IMG/VR virus record: IMGVR_UViG_3300045988_183322
From: a virus
Length of the DNA stretch: 64,000 nucleotides
Direction: 5' to 3' (one strand)
The translations under genes and the position numbers were made by a program. Under the pieces are notes generated by a model. That model made no database searches. It was not told where the DNA came from and saw only the letters and a program-made list of their open reading frames with translations. Below, one piece after another: positions 20,001 to 29,086 of the stretch (positions are counted from its first letter, which is position 1; every line of letters starts with the position of its first letter).

Positions 20001-21547
20001 CCTAATTGGATTGCTTCATCTTGGGGAATGTCCGCTTTAGGAAGTATAACTCCTTCCAACATAGGAGTATCATAAATTTGGTTATTCTCAATCAGTTTTT
20101 GAGAATATTCGTTCTCAAGAGAAAGAGAATAATCCTTGTTGATAAAACATGTTTCATTTTCTAAACCTAAAGCTCTTATAAGGCGAATGAATAATTCACC
20201 TGTCATTTCAGTGTCAACAAGGGCATCATGTAATTTATCTTCTTTATACTTGATGCCAAATTTATCAAGCATAGAACTTAATTTGACAGAGATTCTACCT
20301 TTCGGCTTAAAATTAAGAAGCTTATAGCAAAACTCAATCATAGTTTCATTTTCAGAACGATGGAAATTGAGTAGATAAGCCCTAGAAAGGGGAACAGTAT
20401 CTATACATTTATAAAGGAAAGAATAGTCTTCCAGATAACCAATGCATTTTCTTGCTATATTTAGAATAAAAATATCAAAACCAATGATATTTTGGCCTGC
20501 CAGAATTGTGTCTGGTTGATAAATTAAATTCCAAAATTTATCAATAATTTCTTTAGGATTTTCTTTCTTTACATCATATACTTTTTTATCAAAACCTGTT
20601 ACAGCCGCCGCTTCTTTTGAAACATTTAAATTATCCCATGCAAGATAATGCATTTCTTTGTTGAGAACCTTGCCATTTTTCATTTCGACCCAAGCAATCT
20701 GCCAAGGGCGGGAGGTTCTCAGATTCAATCCTTCGGTTTCTGTATCGAAAAGAATAATCCTTTTGTCTTTTAAAGAAAAATCTTCTTTAGGATGATAATT
20801 GAAGCTACATTTTCTATTTTCTTTCCAATCCTCAAAACAAAATTTATTACTACCAAAATGAGGGAGATTAGGTTTGTCTAAAGTGCTATTCCCATAAACA
20901 GAACGCCCACATATTAATCTATATACTGTGTAAGAATCAAAATCATCATAATTTTCATAATAGATTGATTTGCAAAATACGATGCGATTTTCATTGATGG
21001 AGCAATATTGTTTTACTCTATCTTGCACAATATCATCAAATGGATGACAATTATTTTCAACGCAGACAAAAGGAGACTTAATGCCGAAATCGGGCAAACA
21101 ATTCGATAGAGTCAAACAATTTTTTGCAATAAAAGAATCGTAGAATGGTAAACCGAAATCTATGTTGGACGAGCTGTCCCAAATATCTCTAAGAATCTTA
21201 TAATCAATACATTTTTTATCATTGGTGTGAACCGAGGTATAAAGCTTAATTAAGTCTTTGTAGCCATCATCATTTTTCATAATGGCTATCATTTTACAAC
21301 GCGAACTAACTATATCCTCATAAGATTCTTCTAAAGAATTACAAATATCGAATCTAATACCATAAATTAATTTAATGCCAGTCTTTTTGCTCAAACGTAG
21401 GGCTTCTGGAAACCCTATCATCATATCCTCAATAAGAACAACAGAATCAAGTCTATTATCTCCTGCTAAACGGAATACATCACTAACAGTTAAAATAGAT
21501 TTCCCTATTGAGTTGTGAGTCTTAAAGAATGGAATCGCATCTGGCAT
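17015..21547 (-). CDS. family C replicative DNA polymerase (PolC/DnaE-like alpha subunit) with a PHP domain, an inserted DnaQ-like 3'-5' exonuclease and a mini-intein
   Basis: The PHP N-terminus is present ([13 protein letters not shown]...). The exonuclease motifs are Exo I FDTETEGL, Exo II [9 protein letters not shown] and Exo III [14 protein letters not shown]. The pol III alpha signature [31 protein letters not shown] is present. The conserved F-N-K/R-SHS-AAYA motif is split by a 156 aa insert. Confidence 0.85.
   Translation of the reverse strand: [1510 protein letters not shown]
18134..18601 (-). mobile_element. mini-intein (156 aa) inserted in the pol III alpha FN(K/R)|SHS motif
   Basis: The insert begins with [27 protein letters not shown] (intein block A). 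It ends with [23 protein letters not shown], followed by SHS (blocks F/G). The +1 residue is Ser. Removing it restores [25 protein letters not shown]. Confidence 0.75.
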
Positions 21548-21641
21548 TCCTCTTTTATATAGAGAAAAATTTTATTGTCAAGTCATATCTAGGCTCAATC
21601 AAAAACATTGTAAAATGAATAAGTTACATGATAAAATAAGA

Positions 21642-21666
21642 CAACCACGCCTTTCGAGCGTGGTTG
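21642..21666. terminator. hairpin H2 (CAACCACGC-ctttcga-GCGTGGTTG) with conserved flanks AATAAGACA / AATAGAAT
   Basis: It lies in the 349 bp intergenic region between the nuclease and polymerase genes. It shares its flanks and stem core with H1 and H3. Confidence 0.5.
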
Positions 21667-21846
21667 AATAGAATTTATTGTCACCTTCACCACATGTTTC
21701 AGTGGCTAGTTACACTAAGCAACCAGTAACAACCTTGTGATTGAATCTTACAATAGTTTGTACACATGTCAACTGATTATTTTCTTATTTCTCGTGAGGG
21801 TGTATTCTAATGCTGTTTTAGGTCCAGCCATAAAGCATAAAAAAAT

Positions 21847-21868
21847 AGAAACGAGAATTTCCGTTTCT
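21847..21868 (-). terminator. intrinsic terminator after the Cas4-like nuclease gene (AGAAACG-agaatttc-CGTTTCT plus T-run on the minus strand)
   Basis: The plus strand reads gcataaaaaaatAGAAACGagaatttcCGTTTCT. On the minus strand the hairpin is followed by TTTTTTT. Confidence 0.5.
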
Positions 21869-21896
21869 ATCTAGAGAAGAGATTCGTTAGAATTAA

Positions 21897-22955
21897 TCAA
21901 TAATTGCATCTACAGTAATGTGGACAACCTGAATAAACAGCCCATTCAAAAAAATATGAATCTTTTGGGTATTTTTCTCTAAGTTTAGGTTTATCCTCTA
22001 AAAAACAAGTAGCAACAGTTTCTCCAGAATCTATCTTTTTTATTTTATAAAAATCGAAAGCAAATTTCGCTGGACAATACCACATAGGTGTTCCGTCTTT
22101 TTTAAGTTGATTAGGAGATTTAGCAAATCCACAGCTTAATGGACCACCAAAAGACCCATCTTTAGGATAATCTTTATAACAAGCCATGTCTGCATATGCG
22201 TTTCTTAAACAAAAAGAATCTAATAAAATTTGCCAATTCGTTAATTCATATTCAAAACCATCAAGAATATCATTATCAAATAAATCAATTGTTATAACCC
22301 CTGACGAATCCTTTTGAGACATACCATGCTTTAAAAATAAAAACTCTGTTCTTGACTGTTCAATTTGTGGGAAAAGCTCTCTGGCCGCTAAAGAATAAAT
22401 AAAATGCTGGATGTTGTCAGAAATTTCTTTACCAACATATACCTTTTTAGATGTCTTAAAGTCTCTTATTAAAGCTAATCTACCATTATCATATAAAAAT
22501 AATTTATCAAGGAATCCTCTTATTTTATAAAATTTCCCACCTTCATTTTTTGTTATATTAAATCCAATTTCAGAGAACCCTTCTGTCAATCTATCACTTT
22601 CTGCATAAAAATCATAATTTAATCCAGCCAAACACATTTGTTTGATATCAAATATATTTTCATCAGAATGAACGCCTAATTTCTTCGCATAAGAATAAAT
22701 CAATCTGGAAATAGAAGGACAAACATCAACATCTTGAGCTTTTATAATTTTTTCAAAATAATGCCCTCTTTTTTCTTTATCACCTAGAAGCTCCATAACC
22801 AAATGTGTTACAGAACCTTTTGAGGCCCCATCGTTACTTCTATCTGGAATTCCTAAAATATACTTTGCATAAAAAAGCCAACTACACGTTTCACATGTTT
22901 TTATTCTTGAAGCCGACAAGGGCATTTTAGGCTCTACTTTTTCTTCATTTTTCAT
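21897..22955 (-). CDS. Cas4/RecB-family PD-(D/E)xK nuclease with Fe-S cluster cysteines
   Basis: The N-terminal LSASRIKTCETCSWLFYAKYILG block is present. The D-x-K motif is LIRDFKTSKK. The C-terminal Cys triad is CPHYCRCNY, giving the 1+3 Cys arrangement typical of Cas4/AddB nucleases. Confidence 0.65.
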   Translation of the reverse strand: MKNEEKVEPKMPLSASRIKTCETCSWLFYAKYILGIPDRSNDGASKGSVTHLVMELLGDKEKRGHYFEKIIKAQDVDVCPSISRLIYSYAKKLGVHSDENIFDIKQMCLAGLNYDFYAESDRLTEGFSEIGFNITKNEGGKFYKIRGFLDKLFLYDNGRLALIRDFKTSKKVYVGKEISDNIQHFIYSLAARELFPQIEQSRTEFLFLKHGMSQKDSSGVITIDLFDNDILDGFEYELTNWQILLDSFCLRNAYADMACYKDYPKDGSFGGPLSCGFAKSPNQLKKDGTPMWYCPAKFAFDFYKIKKIDSGETVATCFLEDKPKLREKYPKDSYFFEWAVYSGCPHYCRCNY

Positions 22956-23998
22956 AAGATAGACTTCGCTTGTTTAATTTCTTTTATAGTAAATAAATCA
23001 GGAGAGCCATTAAAAATAATATTTTTCATGTATTCTCTTTGCATATCAGGTTCTATTTCTTTATTAATCCATTTATCAAAGATATTTTTGTCAGAAGAAA
23101 GAACCATATCGCCAAAATCATTACATAAGGGTAATTTTATTCTTAATTTATCTATACTAAAAATAGAAGACAAGGCTAAAAAAGATTTAATACTCCCAAT
23201 AAGACCTCTATTTATAGGAGATTTTTTGTCATTATTAAAAGAGATAGTTATAATATCTGGATTTAAACGGTTTAATGTTGCATAAAGAGAATCGCATCCA
23301 TTTAACCCAAAAGATACAAGATTATTAAAGAAACCATTTTGGTAAAGAGCCATGCTATCTCCAATACTTTCCACAAGAATTACTTCTCTTCCTTCATTAA
23401 AGGAAGACATGAATTTATTCTCCATCTCAGGAATAAAAAAAGGATAAACAAAATTTTTCTTCTTCCCTATAATTTTCCACTTGGGAACATTTTTGTTTTC
23501 TCTTCCATAAACATCTCTGCCAGCGAAACCAATAAGCTGTCTAATTTCATCATAAATTGGAAAAACCATTCTTCCATACATTTTTCCAGAAGACGCATAT
23601 CCAGCTAAATACGCAGATTGAGTCTCTTTCGAAATACCCCGCTTTTCATAAAAAGTATATAGATTCAAAAGATTGTTTAAGATAGATGGTGGAAAAATAT
23701 CGTTCTTCATATAATCATCTTTAATAAAAAGAGATTGTGGAGTAGAGAAACTTTCTGAATCAAGATATTTCTTTAAAAAATCATCTTGCGATTCTCCTAA
23801 AGTCAATTTTATTAATTTTTCAAATGGGGCGCTTCTTATTCCTTGAGGAAAATCGCACCATTTGCCAGTTTTTTTAGAAATACTTAATGCGGTCGGATTA
23901 TCGCCGCCTCTATAAATCGCGCAACATCTGTAATATTCCCCTTGTTCAGTAGGAGAATACCCCATTTGAACTAAAAAATTGTAAATATCATCTCCCAT
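22952..23998 (-). CDS. DnaG-like primase (TOPRIM)
   Basis: The TOPRIM glutamate/acidic motif is EVILVESIGDSMALYQNG and the downstream acidic motif is ISFNNDKKSP. An N-terminal Cys-rich segment (YYRCCAIYRGGDNP...WCDF) resembles a degenerate primase zinc ribbon. Confidence 0.55.
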   Translation of the reverse strand: MGDDIYNFLVQMGYSPTEQGEYYRCCAIYRGGDNPTALSISKKTGKWCDFPQGIRSAPFEKLIKLTLGESQDDFLKKYLDSESFSTPQSLFIKDDYMKNDIFPPSILNNLLNLYTFYEKRGISKETQSAYLAGYASSGKMYGRMVFPIYDEIRQLIGFAGRDVYGRENKNVPKWKIIGKKKNFVYPFFIPEMENKFMSSFNEGREVILVESIGDSMALYQNGFFNNLVSFGLNGCDSLYATLNRLNPDIITISFNNDKKSPINRGLIGSIKSFLALSSIFSIDKLRIKLPLCNDFGDMVLSSDKNIFDKWINKEIEPDMQREYMKNIIFNGSPDLFTIKEIKQAKSIL

Positions 23999-23999
23999 A

Positions 24000-26450
24000 T
24001 TAGAATGGAACAGTATAACCTTTCTCTTTTTTTATGGGGGTATTATTAGCAGAGAACGAACGAACAATATCTCTTAAATCTCCTTTATCTTCAATAGAAA
24101 AATTCTTAAAATCTAAATTAATGGAATTCCTTCTTACTGAACCATCAGGCATATTTACTAAATTTAAATATCCGCTAACATCTTCACCAAGAAATCTTCC
24201 TTTAATGAAGATTAATTTATGAGTCCCAAAATTGGGGCCTTGCAATTTATATTCGTCATTAGTGATATTTCTTAAAATAGCACAATGTGAAGCATAATGA
24301 ATCAACCTATCAGAAAGACCAAAAACATTTTCCGAATCTTCCATTTCATTGAAGGTTTTTTTAGCAACAATCCCCAACTTATTAGACTGAACAGAAGTCA
24401 ACATTGAAATAACAGGTTTCCTATCAACTTTAATTTCATCATGGATAAGAGTCTTAAACTTATCCATCAAGCGGCCTAAATATTGATGCTCCTGCTCATT
24501 AAATGTTCCATTTTGGGAAGGTTTCATATAGTCATAACAGAAAATCATCTGTCCACCATGACAAACATTGTCATAAAAGCTCTTTATCAAGTCTCTCATT
24601 TCTTCATAACTTTTCCCCGCTACTTGATAATAAAACATTTCTTTTCCTTCTGTTGCTAACAAAGCTTGTTTCAATTTAGCAACACTCTGAGGAGACTTGC
24701 ACCATTTACCAGACTCAATATCATAATAATTAACGCCGCTCAAAGCCGATAAACGCCTATATTGCAACTCGCGTTCTGACATTTCGCCATTATCAAAATG
24801 AAGGATAGGAACCTTATAAGTTTCAGAAACTTTAGTCGCAATATCCATTGTTATTTGCGTATTATGAGTCAATATATTATTTTCCAATAAGAATAAATGC
24901 GATGGATTATTGACTAAAATACAAGTACAGGATAATTTACCGATTGGCCGTGCGTCATATATTTTAATATAATCTTGAACATAGCGACTATGAATTCCAA
25001 CTTTATTTTTGCAAAGTTTATACTCTCCATATTTGCTAGTGAAACAAGTTACATCAAACTTTTTCTTTTTCGAAGAAAAATTAACCTTTCCAAATCCGCC
25101 AACAGAACGAAAAATATTAATAATTAAATTCGCATATTCATTATCTTCCGTAGAAAATCTAATTTTAGTTTTTATCCCTAATCTATCGTCCTTAGCGAGA
25201 CTCAAACTAGAATTATCTGTCTGAATATAAAATTGAGGATTTTCTCTGATATATTCTTTAATAAAGAATACCCTTCCATATAAAGGAAATCTTTCAAAAT
25301 CTATTTTATCTAAAGCTCTATCTTTTAATCCTTCCATATCTGGAAAAAGATTAGAAAGATGCTCATATTCTTCATCCTCAATTTTTCCATCTCTAAAATA
25401 TTTCCCAAGAAGAACGTAGTCTTTTCTTTCGGCTTTTTTATAAATATTCTTTTTGACGAAATAAGAAGTAGGAATATAAAGTTTTTCTCCCCCTTTCAAT
25501 CTGCGGGCAATTTCAGCAGAAGTAATAACTTCTATTTTCTTTTTCTTATTGATGAAACTGCAAACTTCCCAAAGATGGTCATAGGAGCTTACAGTAGGAT
25601 TTCTACTATCCTCCCAATAAAATTTAATCATGTTCTTTCTTCCTTGAGGAAAAACACCTAAAACTCGCGCTTTTTGTCCTTTAACAGAAAAAACTTCATT
25701 CCCCTTTTTTAGGTCGCAAATGCGCTTTAGAGACCCATCTGCCATACGAACATTTTCATAATCGGCCAAAGCTTTTCCAACGCCAGAACGAGAAGTAAAA
25801 AGAGTGATATTGCCCGGTCTAGTAAGAGAACCAAAGATATTCTGAACAGTGGGATAAGGGCATGGATAGCCCTTCGTTGAAAAATCCTGATTTTTTGTCT
25901 CTTCTAAGGCTTCTGCAATATCTTGATAAATATTAATAGGTCTATCTGAACCTCTATCGACTCTACTTACGCATTCTGAAAATATTTTTTCAGCTTTCGA
26001 AATTGATATATTAGGATTATCAAAGGGGGTATTTAAAAGATTATATTGAATTTCAGAAGTTGCGATAAAAATCTTCCTTCGGACAGAAGCTTCTTTTAAA
26101 ATATTAGCTAGCCCTTTATGATTATCATCTCTGATAATCATAACCCCTAAAGATTCAATATACTGACTAATGTCCATATTGGCAACACTAGTCAAACGGA
26201 CAACACCAGAGTTTTTTATTTCATCAATAACAGCAGGGATAGAAACATACTTATATCTATCGAAACATTTTAGACATAAGTCATAAACAGTTTTATTTAC
26301 GGTGTCGCTCCCATTTTCAAAATCATCTTTTTTTAAAATAGTAACAACATCATCAATAACACCTCTTCGCGTCAAAATTAAAGCAAGCAAGCTCTTTTCG
26401 ACGCCTAAAAGATTAAATTTCTTATTGAAAATATCTCTATTCATCCTCAA
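24000..26450 (-). CDS. DnaB-like replicative helicase containing a ~304 aa intein in the Walker A P-loop
   Basis: The N-terminal domain is DnaB-like (LLGVEKSLLALIL...). The P-loop SRSGVGK|...|TQITMD is split by an insert. The C-terminal part carries the LHFDNGEMSERELQYRRLSALSGV motif (DnaB motif SLEMS..qL..R.ls..s.v). Confidence 0.7.
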   Translation of the reverse strand: MRMNRDIFNKKFNLLGVEKSLLALILTRRGVIDDVVTILKKDDFENGSDTVNKTVYDLCLKCFDRYKYVSIPAVIDEIKNSGVVRLTSVANMDISQYIESLGVMIIRDDNHKGLANILKEASVRRKIFIATSEIQYNLLNTPFDNPNISISKAEKIFSECVSRVDRGSDRPINIYQDIAEALEETKNQDFSTKGYPCPYPTVQNIFGSLTRPGNITLFTSRSGVGKALADYENVRMADGSLKRICDLKKGNEVFSVKGQKARVLGVFPQGRKNMIKFYWEDSRNPTVSSYDHLWEVCSFINKKKKIEVITSAEIARRLKGGEKLYIPTSYFVKKNIYKKAERKDYVLLGKYFRDGKIEDEEYEHLSNLFPDMEGLKDRALDKIDFERFPLYGRVFFIKEYIRENPQFYIQTDNSSLSLAKDDRLGIKTKIRFSTEDNEYANLIINIFRSVGGFGKVNFSSKKKKFDVTCFTSKYGEYKLCKNKVGIHSRYVQDYIKIYDARPIGKLSCTCILVNNPSHLFLLENNILTHNTQITMDIATKVSETYKVPILHFDNGEMSERELQYRRLSALSGVNYYDIESGKWCKSPQSVAKLKQALLATEGKEMFYYQVAGKSYEEMRDLIKSFYDNVCHGGQMIFCYDYMKPSQNGTFNEQEHQYLGRLMDKFKTLIHDEIKVDRKPVISMLTSVQSNKLGIVAKKTFNEMEDSENVFGLSDRLIHYASHCAILRNITNDEYKLQGPNFGTHKLIFIKGRFLGEDVSGYLNLVNMPDGSVRRNSINLDFKNFSIEDKGDLRDIVRSFSANNTPIKKEKGYTVPF
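24861..25772 (-). mobile_element. intein (~304 aa, Ala1-type) in the helicase P-loop, large enough to carry a homing-endonuclease domain
   Basis: The insert begins ALADYENVRMADGSLKRICDL (block A pattern CLAxDTxVxLADG with Ala at position 1). It ends LFLLENNILTHN, followed by T (+1). Splicing would restore GVGKT. The central region has LAGLIDADG-like stretches (VLLGKYFRDGKI and LIINIFRSVGGFGKV), which is a weak call. Confidence 0.65.
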
Positions 26451-26709
26451 AATCAGAAAAAGGATATCCTACAGAACAATAATTAGCATCATATTCTGCA
26501 ATCATATTTCTTATGTTCTGAATTAAGCCATCAAAAATGACTCCTTCTCCAGCCTCATATCTGCAAACTTTTCCATTCTTGTCGCAAGCAAAAAGAATAT
26601 ATCCTTTGAATTCTCCTGATGCTGAACCAGAATATTCATATATGACCTTTCTTACTTCGGGAGGAATTGCCTCCAATTTTTCGCAATCCATACTATAATT
26701 CCACGCCAA
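26437..26709 (-). CDS. hypothetical protein
   Basis: A 90 aa acidic ORF that overlaps its neighbours by a few nt. Confidence 0.25.
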   Translation of the reverse strand: MAWNYSMDCEKLEAIPPEVRKVIYEYSGSASGEFKGYILFACDKNGKVCRYEAGEGVIFDGLIQNIRNMIAEYDANYCSVGYPFSDFEDE

Positions 26710-27106
26710 ATTTGTTCAGAATTTCGTTTCTATCCAATTTATCGTTTGGATAGATTTCAACAAGAACTATACCATTCCTTTCGCAAAACTCAAGCTTTTT
26801 CCCATCTCTCTCTATCTGATTCAGAAAATTCACTTTTGAATTACTATGTAAAAATGGAGAATATCTTGCATGTTGCATGCCTTGAACTTCGACAGCTATT
26901 TTTTTTGTATAATTATAAAAATCTATAGAGAGCTTTGTTCCAACAACAGGAAACTCTTCATATACAAAATCATATTTCCAATAATCATTTAAGAACTCCT
27001 TAACTCTAGTTTGGAATTTACTTCTAGAGTTGGCCTTCCAATCTACTAAAAATCTTTCAGGCCTCTTTAGAGATTTAGTTTTACCATTTAAAGCAATAAA
27101 CTTCAT
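26693..27106 (-). CDS. hypothetical protein (possible PD-(D/E)xK-like nuclease fold)
   Basis: SIDFYNYTKKIAVEVQG resembles a D...E-x-K/Q nuclease core. This is weak. Confidence 0.25.
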   Translation of the reverse strand: MKFIALNGKTKSLKRPERFLVDWKANSRSKFQTRVKEFLNDYWKYDFVYEEFPVVGTKLSIDFYNYTKKIAVEVQGMQHARYSPFLHSNSKVNFLNQIERDGKKLEFCERNGIVLVEIYPNDKLDRNEILNKFGVEL

Positions 27107-28329
27107 TATATAAGTTCATCAATAATAGTATATCCAATATGTTTCCCATTGTCATCAAACTTATTTTTTTCAGAAATTTCTTTTCGGAATAAGTCTCTGA
27201 ATAATTTTAATGCCCCACTGTCTAACAATTCTTTCTCTGCCTTAGCTTTGCCACGAACACCATTAAAGATGGGAATGCCATGTTTCTCTAAAATTATATT
27301 GAAATAGTCATTTGGAGTTACTGAGGTTCCAATAGCTATCCAGCCATCGGCAATTAACTTTAACATTGTTTCTCGTTCCCACCAGATAGATTCTCCCGGC
27401 ATTCTATCATATCGGACTGGATATTCAAAGGGACGGTTTTGCACATTAGCATCTGCCTTTCTAACATACCCTCTCGCCAAATGTCCGTAAGGCTCATCCT
27501 TTTTCGAGGAAGAGAAATCTCTTATGGAAGCCGCTCTCGCTGGTTCTAGAGTATTATCATTAGATGGGAAATATTGCTTATTAACATCTACAGAAAGGAA
27601 CTCTAAAATGACATCTGGAAAATGGGTCAGGGCATGCCCGCCAGAACAATCTAATTTCATCTGGTTGACTTCATGAACATAACCTATAGACACCTTACTT
27701 CGTTGTTGTGAAATGATAGCCCAATAATGCCCTTTGGCACTGATAGGAGTAGCAAACTGTTTCATTGCAAGAGTCGCTAAAGTAGCACCAGCGGCTACTT
27801 TAGAAGCTTCGTCAAAACTCTTCTTGCTATCATCATATCTGATAAGCCCGTCGATAGAATCAATGATAAAAAAGTATTTTTGGGAGTTTTTAGGGGTATT
27901 GATGAGTCCTTGAATGGGATTAAAAACCCCTTCGTAAAAGTTAGTCTCAATAATTAAGCAAGTCCCCTCCAACCAATCTTCTGCCTTATCGACAAATTTC
28001 ACACCAGAACCCCTTTTGAGGGTATCGCTGAACCTGCCTTCTGACTTAAAATAAACGCCTTTGCTATTAGGAACTGTAGTTAGGAAATTTCTTAAATAAG
28101 ACAACACGCAAGACGTTTTCCCACTGCCCGAAGCCCCATAGAGACGAAAAAGACAAGGGGGCAACAATCCTATCATGTCATCCAAAATCAAACTTCCGCT
28201 AGATATTCTATAATCAGATTTATTCGAATCACCGTAGTAATAAATAGAATTTTCTTTGTCTTTAATGAAATTCTTGATGAACTCAATGGAAGGGTCCTTT
28301 TCGTTCTGCGATTTTTTTTCTTCGTCCAT
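27106..28329 (-). CDS. RecA-superfamily ATPase, most similar to RecA/UvsX recombinases (a DnaB-like alternative is not excluded)
   Basis: SSGSLILDDMIGLLPPCLFRLYGASGSGKTS parallels the RecA motif STGSLsLDiALGaGGLPmGRivEIyGPESSGKTT. The Walker B-like motif is FFIIDSIDGL. Confidence 0.5.
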   Translation of the reverse strand: MDEEKKSQNEKDPSIEFIKNFIKDKENSIYYYGDSNKSDYRISSGSLILDDMIGLLPPCLFRLYGASGSGKTSCVLSYLRNFLTTVPNSKGVYFKSEGRFSDTLKRGSGVKFVDKAEDWLEGTCLIIETNFYEGVFNPIQGLINTPKNSQKYFFIIDSIDGLIRYDDSKKSFDEASKVAAGATLATLAMKQFATPISAKGHYWAIISQQRSKVSIGYVHEVNQMKLDCSGGHALTHFPDVILEFLSVDVNKQYFPSNDNTLEPARAASIRDFSSSKKDEPYGHLARGYVRKADANVQNRPFEYPVRYDRMPGESIWWERETMLKLIADGWIAIGTSVTPNDYFNIILEKHGIPIFNGVRGKAKAEKELLDSGALKLFRDLFRKEISEKNKFDDNGKHIGYTIIDELI

Positions 28330-28330
28330 A

Positions 28331-29047
28331 TCAACAAATATATTTTTTAGAATCTTCTAAAGGGTAAGAGGAAAACTCATATTCTAAAAGAATCTTATCA
28401 GATTTATCTTCCCCATCAAGAAAAAGATTTCTATATTTCTCCAAAGAATATAAATTAATCCAAAAATCAATCTCATTAGGATTTGGAAAATCAGAAAAAT
28501 AACTATAGCAATCTGATATGGGCACTATTTCATTTTTTGGAATAGATATCGGTAAGATACGATACCGTAAAATATTTCTACCTATTTCAGAAGAGAAGAA
28601 TACGATATTAACGTCAAAAGCATCGCTTTCTATAGATGATTCATAAGGGATATATAATTTTTTCTTATAGAGAAAATTGAAATCATCTTCATCTATGATT
28701 AGATTCTGAAATGAACCATATATCTCTTCGTCTGAAAAGTTATGCTCTTTGTATACTAAATAAGCTTCTGCTTTTTCTGCATTTGAAATGTTGTCATTGC
28801 AAAAAAGATGCATCGCGTCTTTAGAAGAACAGCTTCTCAGAATCATAACCAATGTTATCACATTAAAGTTCTTGGGGTGAATTTTAGCCTGATTCTTATT
28901 AGAATATTCTACTATCCTTGAATAATTTTCTCTAAACCCTTCTCGCAATCTTCCAACAGGAAAACCGGACGTAATAGACAATTTGCTCAAAAGAAGTCCA
29001 AGCTTCCTTCTAAATTCAATTTCTCTTCTAATAAGAATATGTTCCAT
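28331..29047 (-). CDS. hypothetical early protein
   Basis: A 238 aa ORF, the second gene after the divergent control region. Confidence 0.3.
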   Translation of the reverse strand: MEHILIRREIEFRRKLGLLLSKLSITSGFPVGRLREGFRENYSRIVEYSNKNQAKIHPKNFNVITLVMILRSCSSKDAMHLFCNDNISNAEKAEAYLVYKEHNFSDEEIYGSFQNLIIDEDDFNFLYKKKLYIPYESSIESDAFDVNIVFFSSEIGRNILRYRILPISIPKNEIVPISDCYSYFSDFPNPNEIDFWINLYSLEKYRNLFLDGEDKSDKILLEYEFSSYPLEDSKKYIC

Positions 29048-29086
29048 TGATTTTAATATGATACAATATAGTAGATTATGTTATAT

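Noticed and set aside
21548-21896. Possible tRNA gene in the 349 bp intergenic region upstream of the polymerase gene
   Set aside because: No GTTCRANNC T-loop or cloverleaf-compatible segments were seen. The structure present is better explained by two terminator-like hairpins.
25009-26526. Small plus-strand ORFs inside the helicase/intein gene (25009-25224, 25359-25661, 26302-26526)
   Set aside because: They are antisense to a well-supported long CDS and have low-complexity translations.
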